This document shows, piece after piece, positions 11,846-23,096 of a stretch of 64,000 nt of DNA (position 1 is the stretch's first letter; each line of letters begins with the position of its first letter). The translations under genes were made by a program, and so were the position numbers. The notes under the pieces were generated by a model. That model ran no database searches, was not told the DNA's origin, and worked only from the letters and a program-made list of their open reading frames with translations. Source of the DNA: Naegleria gruberi (taxonomy: Eukaryota); assembly GCA_000004985.1 (NCBI GenBank), contig GG738845.1. One strand, given 5' to 3'.

Positions 11846-13708
11846 ATGATGAATCACAGACAATTCAATCACTTGGTTAGGATGGTTCATACAAACTTGT
11901 TGCAACATAAGAATTTATTCTCGATAGTGCAACAACGTAATATGGGTTATGCTTTTTGGCCAAAGAAAGCTGCTGAAAAGATGCAAAAAGAACGTGCAGG
12001 AAATACACCAACTCCAGAAAATACAGAAAGAATTGTTAATCCAAACAAAAAGGGACACTTTTATGAAAAACCATTGACTGAGAGTGAAAAGGAAACTGTT
12101 AATCAATTTGCTAATGAAAGTAATTATCCTCTTCCACAAAGAGTAGAACAAATCTTTAATAAGGTTGCTCCTGTACCAAAGGAATATGGTGTTGGACAAC
12201 CAAGAGCTTTTTTGAGAATTGCTGGTAAAAGGCCACAATTTTTGAAATTGGCCATTGCAATTGCAATTTTACTCGTCTCCTTGCAGATTATTAATCACTA
12301 TGGTACTATTTTCTTATTGGATGAAATTGTCAAAGAATTGTTAAATGCTAGACCAGATATTGAATCAGTATTTGCCACCCATGATCGTAGTCAAGAAAAA
12401 GTACAACTTCATCATCAATATGTTTCTGAAATGGATGAAATCTTGTCATTCTTAGACAAGAGTTTGGAAGCTGATGAAACTTTAACAAAATACTATTTAC
12501 AAACTGGAGTTATCGACAAGTTGTTAGACCTTTTACAAAAATCAGAGCACCCATTCATTTTACTTCACTCATTGACCACACTAGAAAAGTGTGTTAAATA
12601 TGATCCAAAATGTACTGAATATCTCGTAAAGGAAAAGGGTGCTATTGAAATGTTGAACGATAAATTGTTAAAATTGGGTTATGAAATGATGCAAGAAAAG
12701 AGAATTCCACTCAACAAACTCTTGAACCCTATTGTAAAATTGCTTATCAAATTGTACAGTGAAAATAATGAATGGATTACTGAAAAAGACAGACAATTCC
12801 TCACATTGGGATTACAAATTGCTCAACCAAAATATTTCCACAAAATGGCACTCGAGATTGTTCAAAATTTGGCTACTAACCAAATGAATCGTATCAATAC
12901 TGCTACTGAACAAGATTACTCAGATGAACAAAAGAGAACATCTTTGGAAAAGTCTCTAATCTCTGGAGATGTTGAATTTATGCAAAACTTGCAATTCCTT
13001 TCCCAAAATGCTCCAGTCGAAGAAGTTCGTACTGAGCTCACACTTGTTTTGGAATCACTTCAAAAATCCCACGAAGCCTACTTTAACAAGACTAAAGTAA
13101 TCAATCCAATGGATGTCTCTCCTCTCCACAATGCTGGTTTCAAAGAGACAATGTACAGAAAATATGAAATGGGACCAAAGGAAGCTATTGGTAACGTTCT
13201 CTATCTTTTCATGATTCCTTTCATGATGGGATGGTTGAGATATCGTTGGATGGGTAATGGAGCTCCAGTTCCGTTCATTCGTTGGACAATGTTCCATGCT
13301 GCCAAGCTCTTCTTTGTCACAGATTTCATACTTGCTCCAACTGCTTCCTTCTTATTTGATCCATCTAAGAGCGATTTTTCTAGAAATGTCATGATGAAAT
13401 CACCTGATGCAGTATTCCTTGGATCATTGTGTAATAGAGCATTGACCTATACTTTACAATTGAAGGCCTTCGCTGATACTTACTTTATTGCCTTCCCTTA
13501 TCTCATGAAACAATATGAAGGAACTCAATTCAGTGTCATTAAGAACTCACCACCAGTCTATGCTTATAGAATGTGGGTTGCAAGTCAATTGGTAAAGAGA
13601 AAGCATGTCTATGGTCAAATCCCACTCCAAACACAAACCATCTTGGTCAAACAAACCACTTCAGATACAGCCAAATCAAGCAACTCTGCTGGTGATGAAT
13701 GTCATTAA
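11846..13708 (+). CDS. Uncharacterised protein (620 aa) with a helical-repeat (armadillo-like) middle and hydrophobic segments
   Basis: An uninterrupted ORF starting ATGATG. Hydrophobic segments include LKLAIAIAILLVSLQII and LYLFMIPFMMGWL. Confidence 0.5.
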   Translation: MMNHRQFNHLVRMVHTNLLQHKNLFSIVQQRNMGYAFWPKKAAEKMQKERAGNTPTPENTERIVNPNKKGHFYEKPLTESEKETVNQFANESNYPLPQRVEQIFNKVAPVPKEYGVGQPRAFLRIAGKRPQFLKLAIAIAILLVSLQIINHYGTIFLLDEIVKELLNARPDIESVFATHDRSQEKVQLHHQYVSEMDEILSFLDKSLEADETLTKYYLQTGVIDKLLDLLQKSEHPFILLHSLTTLEKCVKYDPKCTEYLVKEKGAIEMLNDKLLKLGYEMMQEKRIPLNKLLNPIVKLLIKLYSENNEWITEKDRQFLTLGLQIAQPKYFHKMALEIVQNLATNQMNRINTATEQDYSDEQKRTSLEKSLISGDVEFMQNLQFLSQNAPVEEVRTELTLVLESLQKSHEAYFNKTKVINPMDVSPLHNAGFKETMYRKYEMGPKEAIGNVLYLFMIPFMMGWLRYRWMGNGAPVPFIRWTMFHAAKLFFVTDFILAPTASFLFDPSKSDFSRNVMMKSPDAVFLGSLCNRALTYTLQLKAFADTYFIAFPYLMKQYEGTQFSVIKNSPPVYAYRMWVASQLVKRKHVYGQIPLQTQTILVKQTTSDTAKSSNSAGDECH

Positions 13709-13797
13709 AGAATTCTTATATTAATTTAAATCTATAATTATTGATTGTAATACTGGTGTTAATAGATGGAAAATTTAAATAAAAATCTATTAGAAAA

Positions 13798-16700
13798 ATG
13801 AGTCAACAACAAGATGCTCCACAAACTTCATCTCTTCCGAACACAACAACAACAGAGGCTGGAGCATCAACAACAACATCGGAACAACAAATCAACTCAA
13901 TAACATCAACACCAAATATATCATTTGAAAGTAATTTATTTGCTAATCTTCCGAATCATGATCCCACATTGAAACGTACATGTTGTTCTTTCAATGATAC
14001 TACAATTGCATTCGGTACGGAACAGGGGCATATTTACTTTCATGATAGATATACACTAGAATTAAAATTAACAATTACACATCAAGAGTTGGGTCAGAAG
14101 AGAAATTTTACTTTACCAATAACAAGAGTTTCTTTAACACCTAACTTGATCACCAATGATAAAAGGAGAGCTTTTATTGGAGCTGTAGATTCAGCATTTA
14201 TTGTATATATATTTGAAATTGAATTGACAGTCCAACAAATTGGAAATGCTAATGTTTGTTTTCCTAAAGTGGCCAGATTGCTAAACTCTCATTCACAACA
14301 CAAATTCGAAGTCACTTGTATTGCATGGGCTAATGATTTTCTCAAACTTTTTACTGGTGACACTTCAGGATTTGTTTTCGAGTTTAAAAATCAGAAAAAA
14401 TCACTCCTTTCTATTGGAAATTCTACACAAATTTTGAAAGAGGATGGTGCAGGAATTGTACAGCTATCTGTTTCTGGTGATCATTTACTCGTCTCTTCAA
14501 CAAAGCGTTCCATAGATGTTAATCTTTCAGCACAGCAGTATAAGGGTATTGGAACAAAACCAAGAGATGGTGTTTTTGGCGCATGCTTCCAATATGCTCT
14601 CAAAAAGAAAGAAGAAAACTCAGTTTCCACTCAAGATCAGTACACCATTTACGCATTTTCAGCCAGACCTGGAAGAAGAATTTGGTGTTCAGATATCACT
14701 ACTTGTAAGGTATTGTCAACCCTCAAATTTCCATCTGTGTCACAAGTCAAAGATCTCAAATTTACTCATCTTCTCAGTGTAGGTCCATATCTTGCCTCAT
14801 ACAATGAAGAAACAGTTACTATTTTGGATATTGTCAAATTGAAAATTTTGGATGTGAAATATGGAATAGGAACAATCAAACATGCATCTAGCTTTGGATT
14901 TTCCATGTTTATTGTACATGTTGATGAAAATTCCAATCATATTGTCAGTAGAATAGACTTACAACTTCCAGAAAATGAGAAACAATTCTTTATCAACCAA
15001 ATCCTACCAAAAGTTAGTAGACCAATTACAACCAATCCACAACAACCTGTGCAACCTCCACAACAGCCTCAACAAACTTCACAACCAGTCCAACAACCAG
15101 CACAGAAAAAGGACGAAAATCCACTTCAGCTCATTACTGGTTTGTTAAAAAGAAATGATACCCCTCCAGTGCCTCTTGTTAAAACTCCAAGTAATCCAAT
15201 TTTAATCAACTCTCAAAAAGAAACAGCCTCTTCTAGTGGTAATAGTACGCCAACAACCCCTGCCTCCATTTCTACCTCTTCTATACCTAAAGTTATTGCT
15301 ACAAGTAACAACACTCCAAAAGAAGAAAAGTTATTAGATTTTGAGAATGTAAAGATTGTTTCCACACCACCACCAAAATCTTCTTCCGCATTCTCTTTTT
15401 CATTACCTTCTGTTCAGCTCAAAGACAAATTTTCTGATTTGACAAGTGAAATGATGAAAAAAGCTGCAGCTGTTCTACCTAAACAAGATAAGGAACAACC
15501 AACAGCCAAACCACAAGAAGATATTAAGCCAACTGTAGAAGAGCCAAAACAACCCCAAAAAGATGAAAGTTGGTCTGCCCCAATGGTAGTCCAACCAAAG
15601 AAGATTAAAAAGAAGAAAAAGAAGCCTGAGCGACTCATTAGTTTTGATGGAAGTACCGCTGAACCAACACTCTTAATTGAAGAGAAGAAACCAAAAAAGA
15701 CCAGCTCTAAAAGAAGAACAAAATCTAAGGACTTTGATCAACTCTCACAAGTTTCAGATGATACCAGTAAAACTGGCTCCCTTGGATCAGATAATGAGGA
15801 TAGTGATAACACAGAAGATACTATTACAAGTTCTTCCAGCTTAGTTGATCCTTCACCAATTACTGAAAATTTACCAGCCATGGTTACTGAAGGTGACAAA
15901 TCACCTGGTACACCTTTAGAGAAGGAAGAACCTGTTCCTGAGCAAAAAACTGAACTTACAGAAAGTACTGAAGTTACTAACGTTGCACCAATTATTGAGG
16001 AAATCAAATCTAACGAAGAAATTCCTTATGATGACAACAGTAAGGATACTTCAGTAGCAATTCTTGAAATAATTGATACCGTAACAACAATAGAAGAAGA
16101 AACAATAGATCATATTCAACCTTCTGTTACTGACTCAATTCAAGTAATTGAGCCTGCGGAAAATGAACAAGAAATTCCAGTTGAGTCTGTAGTAAGTGGA
16201 GATGAATCAACAACAAAACAAGTCTCACCAGAAACTACAGAAGAAATTGAAACTATTTCTGAACAAGAAAAACAAGATTTGGAAAAGAAACAAGAGGAGG
16301 AGAGAAGAGAATTGCAACGTATCGAAGATGAAAACAAAAAAGCTGAACAAGAGAGAATTAGAATTGAGGAAGAAAAACTTAAAGAACAAGAAAGGATTGC
16401 AGAGGAAAAAAGAAAAGAAGAAGAACGACTTGCGGAAGAGAGAAGAAAAGAGCAAGAACGTACAGCAGAAGAAAAGAGAAAAAAGGAAGAGGAAGAAGAA
16501 AAGAGAATTGCAGAAGAGAGAAGAAAGAAGGAACTTGAAAGGCTCGAAGAAGAGAGGAAGAGAAAAGAGCAAGAGGAAAAACAAAGGCTCGAAGAGGAAA
16601 AAAGAAAGGAACAAGAAAGGCTTGAGGAAGAAAGAAAGAGAAAGGAACAGGAAAGAATTGAAGAAGAAAAAAGAAAGAGAGAAGAATTAATCAAAAAGAA

Positions 16701-18345
16701 ACATGCTTCCTTCTTTGAACTTATTGTGGAACCTATGGATAGCCTGTTTGAACAATTGGCAAACTTTTTAAGTGTGGGAGATGGAATTTGGTGTCCTAAA
16801 TTTACTTCCACACTCAAGACATGGTTTGACGATTTTGTAAAGTTAGTAGAGACAGAGCAAAAAGAAAAACATGACTATTGCATAATATCTGAAATGATTT
16901 CTCAAGAATTGAATGAAGAACAACAAAGCCAACTTTCCAAACTGCTCAACTTTAGATTTGAGAGATTATTTGCTGAGGAAACTATTGAAAAACCTTACAT
17001 TTCTCGCGTACTCTCCATATTACATGAATTTTTATTCATGTCTCAATGCTGTACACTCTGTAATTCTCATAACTGTGCTGAGTGCATTAACACTATTTTT
17101 GAAATTGAAGACCAACATAACTACCTCTCAGAAGAAAGAAAGAATATTGATAGACTTTTCGAACAATTCAAGGTAAAGAACTCTATGGAAATTAGAGACC
17201 AAATATTCAAAGATATCGACTCTTTAAAGAATGATTACCCCTCTATTCCATTGAGATATACACTAGCACTATCTAAACTTCCTGGAGGACATGAGCTTTG
17301 TGCTCTACTTTATCCTTATATCCAAGTGTGGAATTACAATAATGCAATTGGTACTGAAAGCAATCATTCAAAGTATATCCAATATCTAATGAGTGTTTAC
17401 AAGCTTAACCATTCTAGCCATATTAGTCATCAATTTATGGAACACTTTGTTATCAAATTGGTTACCAATTTTGAGAGAAATGTCCACGAATCACTGATTA
17501 TCAACATTATTGATGAGGCTCAAAGTAAGCTTAATTGCTTTAGTGACACTCACTTTTTAGAGAAGGAATTGAAAAAGACTCCCTCAACTCAACACTGCCT
17601 CCACTATTTTTATGAAAAGTTTGATAAGATATCAGAGTTAATAGATTTGATTGTCAGAGGTGATAGCTTGAATAATCTTGCAACCTTTATGGAAAAACAT
17701 TACGAAAATCAACAAAATTGGATTACACTAATGAATTGCATTGAAAATAGTCCAAAATCAATATGTACAAAAGAGCAAGCTGTATTTTTAATGTGTAAAT
17801 GTCTGGGATCTTTGCAAACTCTAAATATTTTGCAAGATGCCTCTGTAGAAAGTTGTCTACACGATGTTGATCCAATAATTTACACCAAGATTTGTCAATT
17901 AGCCAGAGCAGAAACAGAACAAAGCAAGCTAAGACATAACATGATAGAAATCATGGACAGCTACATGTGGTCAGAAAAGGATGAGTGCATTGCTCCACAA
18001 ATAAGGTCAATTTTATCCTTCCAAACTGACATTCCACCTTCCCTCTTCAGTTCCATTAATACACCTGAAGAGTCGTTCCCTTACATGGCTTCATTCTTCA
18101 AATTAGACAATTCCAAGTCCTCACTCAATGAATTCCAAACAGAGCTTCCAAGATTCACAGAAGACTGTGGATCAAACTGGGGATCTCAGATAAGAGTTGG
18201 CAAAACAGCCAGATGCTTCTGTTGCAGATTACCTCTCACAGAACGAGTTGGTGGTGATGTATTGGTATTCCCATGTGGACATTGTTATCATCGTTCTTGC
18301 AATCCTCTCGAAGTTTGTACTCACAACGGATGTAGAGATGCATAA
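13798..18345 (+). CDS. Vps8/Vps41-like protein with an N-terminal beta-propeller-like region, a central low-complexity plus ER/K-rich helical insert, and a C-terminal RING-H2
   Basis: A 1515-aa ORF. The C terminus is CFCCRLPL...VLVFPCGHCYHRSC...C.H..C, the pattern C-x2-C ... VFxCGHxYH. The middle is P/Q/T-rich, with a KKIKKKKKK stretch and a ~150-aa E/R/K repeat. Confidence 0.55.
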   Translation: MSQQQDAPQTSSLPNTTTTEAGASTTTSEQQINSITSTPNISFESNLFANLPNHDPTLKRTCCSFNDTTIAFGTEQGHIYFHDRYTLELKLTITHQELGQKRNFTLPITRVSLTPNLITNDKRRAFIGAVDSAFIVYIFEIELTVQQIGNANVCFPKVARLLNSHSQHKFEVTCIAWANDFLKLFTGDTSGFVFEFKNQKKSLLSIGNSTQILKEDGAGIVQLSVSGDHLLVSSTKRSIDVNLSAQQYKGIGTKPRDGVFGACFQYALKKKEENSVSTQDQYTIYAFSARPGRRIWCSDITTCKVLSTLKFPSVSQVKDLKFTHLLSVGPYLASYNEETVTILDIVKLKILDVKYGIGTIKHASSFGFSMFIVHVDENSNHIVSRIDLQLPENEKQFFINQILPKVSRPITTNPQQPVQPPQQPQQTSQPVQQPAQKKDENPLQLITGLLKRNDTPPVPLVKTPSNPILINSQKETASSSGNSTPTTPASISTSSIPKVIATSNNTPKEEKLLDFENVKIVSTPPPKSSSAFSFSLPSVQLKDKFSDLTSEMMKKAAAVLPKQDKEQPTAKPQEDIKPTVEEPKQPQKDESWSAPMVVQPKKIKKKKKKPERLISFDGSTAEPTLLIEEKKPKKTSSKRRTKSKDFDQLSQVSDDTSKTGSLGSDNEDSDNTEDTITSSSSLVDPSPITENLPAMVTEGDKSPGTPLEKEEPVPEQKTELTESTEVTNVAPIIEEIKSNEEIPYDDNSKDTSVAILEIIDTVTTIEEETIDHIQPSVTDSIQVIEPAENEQEIPVESVVSGDESTTKQVSPETTEEIETISEQEKQDLEKKQEEERRELQRIEDENKKAEQERIRIEEEKLKEQERIAEEKRKEEERLAEERRKEQERTAEEKRKKEEEEEKRIAEERRKKELERLEEERKRKEQEEKQRLEEEKRKEQERLEEERKRKEQERIEEEKRKREELIKKKHASFFELIVEPMDSLFEQLANFLSVGDGIWCPKFTSTLKTWFDDFVKLVETEQKEKHDYCIISEMISQELNEEQQSQLSKLLNFRFERLFAEETIEKPYISRVLSILHEFLFMSQCCTLCNSHNCAECINTIFEIEDQHNYLSEERKNIDRLFEQFKVKNSMEIRDQIFKDIDSLKNDYPSIPLRYTLALSKLPGGHELCALLYPYIQVWNYNNAIGTESNHSKYIQYLMSVYKLNHSSHISHQFMEHFVIKLVTNFERNVHESLIINIIDEAQSKLNCFSDTHFLEKELKKTPSTQHCLHYFYEKFDKISELIDLIVRGDSLNNLATFMEKHYENQQNWITLMNCIENSPKSICTKEQAVFLMCKCLGSLQTLNILQDASVESCLHDVDPIIYTKICQLARAETEQSKLRHNMIEIMDSYMWSEKDECIAPQIRSILSFQTDIPPSLFSSINTPEESFPYMASFFKLDNSKSSLNEFQTELPRFTEDCGSNWGSQIRVGKTARCFCCRLPLTERVGGDVLVFPCGHCYHRSCNPLEVCTHNGCRDA
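16250..16700. repeat. Purine-rich GAA/AAG/AGA coding repeat (ER/K-rich single alpha-helix segment of the 13798..18345 gene)
   Basis: Repeats such as EEERLAEERRKEQERTAEEKRKKEEEE generate three spurious overlapping track ORFs (16140..16817 -, 16196..16690 +, 16225..16614 -). Confidence 0.7.
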
Positions 18346-18669
18346 AATACATTGTTTTTTTATGTGGACTTTTCTGACAATAGATTCTACCAATTCAAAA
18401 TGTAATCTTCATGTTGTAAAATTCTCATATGTTTACGAACTAGATATTTTCCAACAGTGCCTTTTTGGACAAATACAGCCCTATTATCATGCGCCCACAC
18501 CACTACTGTACACACATAACTTGTTGCATTCAAACTAACTGTTCAGAGTTTTCAATAGTGGGGTTTAACCCTCAATCAGCAGAACAGAAAAACACACTAA
18601 GAGTTGTTTGCGATGATATTTATTTAAACACTCGCCCCATGAGCGCATTGAGTTACCATTCAAAAAAAA

Positions 18670-20898
18670 ATGTCTGCATCCAAGACAGCTATTGTTTCAA
18701 CCTTAGTGGTTGTTATGATGGTTTTGATCCAAAGTGCCTTGTCTCTTAAGAATTCTGCCCACAAGAGAAGTGAAGATGACTGGATTCCGGGTAGGTTTTA
18801 TTGTTGTTCTTGTTGCGGATATTTATTCTGTAATTTTTTATATTAAGGCTACAATTACATGTTGAGCGGTTTCGACGTTAGAAGTATGCAAAGTTCTTCT
18901 AACAGCATGGATCCTGCTAAGAATGTTGTAAATTTAATTTTCAGACCAACCACTGAGTTTGGAACTTTGTACCGTATGCCAGTTTCTAAGGAAAAGTTTA
19001 AGGTACCAGATGCCATTGAAGTTTATGATTATGTTACTACAAACGTTACTAAAACATCAGACACTATGGAATCAATGTCTGAATCATTGAAGTATGAAGC
19101 TTCAAGCTATTCATTCTCATTCTCTGTCAACGTTGGTGTTGTCGGTGTTAGTGCTGGTTTGAACACATCTTTTGGCCACATTCACCAAACCTTTGCTCAA
19201 AGCAATCTCTTTATGGCCACTGGTTCTATTAGAGGTACTATTTATCAAGCTACCCTTGAACCACCAACATTCTTGGAACAAAATCCATACTTTAAGAGAG
19301 CTTTGGCTGCCATTCCAAACACTCCAACTGCTGCCGATTTGGACAAGATTAATACCTTGATCAAATACTTTGGTGTTTCATATGTTTCAAAGGGTGTTTT
19401 CGGTGGTAAATTCAATTTGATCACTAAGGTTTCTGATAAGATCCTCAAGTCCTATGACAAGTCTTGGTGTATTACTCAATTGTCCTTGACCTTCAGTTAT
19501 GGCGCTTATTCATTTGGTATGTCTGGATTCAAAAATAAGACTGATATCCATGTCAATAATGATTTTGCCAATAACGCCAAGACTGACATGTTCTTCGTTG
19601 GTGGTGACTTTACTTTGCAAAGTAACGAAACTCTTAAGGAATGGTACCAATCAATTCCAGGCCAACCATCCCTTATCGGAGGTGAATTCAATTTGATTTC
19701 TGATTTGGTTGATAACAATGCTGTAAAGAAGAAGAATTTGGAAGCCATCTTGAAGAACTATGTTGCCACTGGTAGAGTTGAAATTCCTGCTTCCATCAAG
19801 AAGATTGCTGTTCCTCATCCACTCAAGAGAAATGTCCTCCTTGATCTTTCTCGTATTCCAGGTGCTGCCTTGATTGGTTCTGGTTTCGATACCTTTACGT
19901 AAGTTGTTTTTTGTTTAAATCTCAACTAATTAACGTTAAATAGTCTCACTCCAAGATTGAGTCTTTTCAAGCAAGCTCCAGATTCCAAGGCTACTACTTG
20001 GACTAATCCAATCTATAAGGATATTCAATTCGCTGTTCCAGGAAACGTCCTCGTCAGAAATAATGCTGAATCATACTATGCTAACAGCACTTTTGTTGCT
20101 TTGACCAAGCAAGAATACGAATATCAATATAGAGAACACTCCTCTAAATCTGGCATGTTCGGTTTGAGTCACCATTCTAGAGATGTTTTCATTTATAACT
20201 ATCGTTATGAATTTGAAGATTCTTACCAATTGAATACTTTCAGAAGAATTTCTTGGTATGATTTGTCATTGGATCCTCTCTGTTTGTTCGATCTTAATAA
20301 CCGTCTTGAACCATTTGCTAAGAGAATGATTGATTCTCTCCCAGCTACTGGTGGTGATCAAAAAGAAGTCAGAGATAAGTACAAGAAGTTTATCGATTAC
20401 TATGGTACTGCTGTTGTCACCAAGACAACTATGGGTGGTGGTATCTTCTTCAAGGTTAACTTTAAGAAGGATTTGACCAAGACTTTGAGCATTCATGAAA
20501 TCCACGAACAATCTGGATGGTCATTCCTCCACATTTTCGGTGAAAAGTCAACTCACGATTTCTATCTTAAGAAGTTGTCTCAACAGTTCATTCAACACTC
20601 GTCTGTTGAATTCAACACTCAAGGTGGTTCTTGGACTCCAGAAATTAACGGTGTTAGACCAACTGGTCCAAATGCTCTTAACATTATTGATTCTCCAGAA
20701 GGTTACATGAGTTGGGAAGATTATGCTAACTCTATCAAGTATGACCCATACCCAGTCAACTATGAATTGCAACCAATTCACACTATCTTTGCTGATAAGG
20801 CCAAGCAAGGTATTATGAAGTCTGTTCTTGATGAATATCTCCAAGAAAAGTACAATCAAAAGCCAGCTTCATTCTCCAGAGCCGGTAAGGAATACTAA
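18670..20898 (+). CDS. Secreted protein with two tandem MACPF (perforin-like) domains; 3 exons, ~708 aa
   Basis: Exon 1 is 18670..18790 and encodes the signal peptide MSASKTAIVSTLVVVMMVLIQSALS. A 57-nt intron lies at 18791..18847 (GTAGGT...TTAAG). Exon 2 is 18848..19898. A 45-nt intron lies at 19899..19943 (GTAAGT...AATAG), in phase. Exon 3 is 19944..20898. Each half carries SGFD...SFSFSVNVGVVGVSAG...YFGVSYVSKGVFGG or YYGTAVVTKTTMGGG, and a C9-like end (YDPYPVNYELQPIHTIF). Confidence 0.75.
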
Positions 20899-20923
20899 AT
20901 AAATATAATTGTTGTTTATTCAA

Positions 20924-23070
20924 TTAAAGCTTATCAAAATCTTGTATTTCTAATATCAATTTTTTCATTTCCTCAATAATGTCTTGACTGGAATTGTGCT
21001 TGTTGCATCCATTCTTCAAAAGAAAATTAAGGAGATGAATCTTTTCTTCCAAAGTTACCCGTATAGAGGTCAATCTATCATAGAACAAGGTGGTGAGATT
21101 AAAGGTAGATTTAACCTTTTTCTTCTCTAGTTGATTATTTACAGTAACCATCAATTTCGAATTAGGTGTAGAATTAATTAAGAGAGGATACCAAAAGGAT
21201 GATTTGACTGCGTTTCTATTGAGTAAAATTGGATGAGCCAGAGTTGTTTGAAAAGGCTGTCTCAGAAATTGTGAATAAATAAAAGGTACCTTTGTTTTAA
21301 ATTTAGGAATTGAGTTGATAGTTTTCATGTGTAACCTATCCTCACGATAAGTATTGAAAGACTGCATAAAAAGTCAAAATTCTCATCTCTACCAACATTT
21401 TCACGTAAAATTTCCTCAACACTCTTATGATACATATTTTGAATGATAGCTTGAATTCCTTTCCTATTGAGCTCCAAATGTGAATCTCCAGAACAGTTAT
21501 CAATAATATGACAAAGTAAGTAATCCAACTTTGCTCCTCTAATGAATAAATCACCACTACCACTTTTACATTCTTTCAAAATAGAATAATATTCTGGTGA
21601 TAGTGAAATATTCCTTGATATTTCTGATACTATTGTTGGTGCGGTAATATTACAATGATTGGAATGGGATCTGGTTGCTAGTAGAATAATAATAAACGTT
21701 GGAGAAAATGTAAAAGGCACCTGGTCGGTAATAGATGGTACCTTAGTCTGAAGAGATTCGAAAACACGATCCAACAATCCAACTTTCATAAAACTAGTTT
21801 GCTCAGCTCTGTAAAGATCATAAAGGAGGGCTATTGTCATCCAATTTGTCAAGTTGATAGGGCATTTTCCAATACTATTTGATTTCAAAATATTATCCAT
21901 CTTCACCAACAGTGACTCTAGATTTTCTTTCTCTTCAGGCGTAAAAACCGAGTCAACTATTTCAGGAGTAATCTCTCTAATTGATATTTCATCCTCACTA
22001 GAACGAAATATTCTATCTCTAAAATAATCCAATTGCCTGAGTAAATCCTTAAACAAATCAGTACACTCCCCAAAACAATAGCTCACCAAACAAGTCATTA
22101 GAGAAAACCAATCAGAATCATTGTTAGTGTATGGAATGTTATCGCGTATTTGTACCATCCATTCCTCAAATTTTGAATTCTTATAAACTGAATCAGTTAA
22201 TAATGACTGTTGAATAGCATTACTATCCAAATTTGGAATATGTTTTTCTAGCAGTTTACAGAAATAATCAACTTGCATTATTGACTCGTCACTAGAAAGA
22301 AAGCAATCAATGTCACCATTCTCCAATTTACGTATTCTCCAACTTTTCTCCCTCAATGAATCAGTATTATCCTCCATTATCATTGGAGGTTCAGGAATAG
22401 ACAATGTTCTCTCATCTTCATCTCCATTACTCATTAGAATATTAATCTTCCTCTCCAATGGTGCCCAACTATATGAAGAGTAGGTCGTTTTCCTATTTTC
22501 TCTCTGTTCATTCCAAATATTGAATACAGTTTCAATACATTCAGGAAGTGACTGTTGAGTGGTGAATAAATTTAAAACTGAATCGCTTGTTGAACCACTC
22601 AACAAATCAACATCATCCACCAACAAACTGATAATTTTCGGAAAGTTATACTGTCTAATATTGGGATATGAAAAAGTTGCTCTAAAATCATGTAAACACA
22701 TTCCATCATTAATTTTCATAGCCATCAATGGATTGAATAATAAATTCAAATGAAATGATAGACAATTATTCGCTTGTAATGATGATGATTCAATTGAAAC
22801 TCTATCATTATTAATTAAATTATAATTTAATATTATATCGAGAATACACTCTTGCTCTGACAAGGCTTGTTGAGAGGAGGGAAATAACAAATTGAATTTA
22901 GCAAATGATTTGTTCCAATCGGAGACTTGATTTCTTGTTGTTATATTGTTGTTTTCCGAGTAGAGAGAAATAAGCCACTCTACTAATTCATTGTGTACTA
23001 GATGATTGAATAATTGTTGCCCAGAGGAATCATGTTTCATGTTTTTAAATTTTTTTGTTAAGAAATGCAT
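20924..23070 (-). CDS. Uncharacterised protein (~715 aa)
   Basis: Exon 1 is 23070..21397 and exon 2 is 21361..20924. They are joined by a 35-nt intron at 21396..21362 (GTTGGT...TTTTTATGCAG), giving ...EILREN-SFNTYREDRL. The intron is short with a weak 5' site, so the junction is tentative. Confidence 0.45.
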
Positions 23071-23096
23071 AATATTTAATAATTAAAAAGAATGAG

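Noticed and set aside
16140-16817. ORFs 16140..16817 (-), 16196..16690 (+) and 16225..16614 (-) nested inside the 13798..18345 gene
   Set aside because: They are generated by the purine-rich ER/K codon repeat. They are alternative-frame or antisense readings of the same repeat, not genes.
18465-18749. Track ORF 18465..18749 (94 aa), and 18197..18538
   Set aside because: These are wrong-frame readings across the 3' end of the upstream gene and across the true signal-peptide exon of the MACPF gene (ATG 18670, in a different frame).
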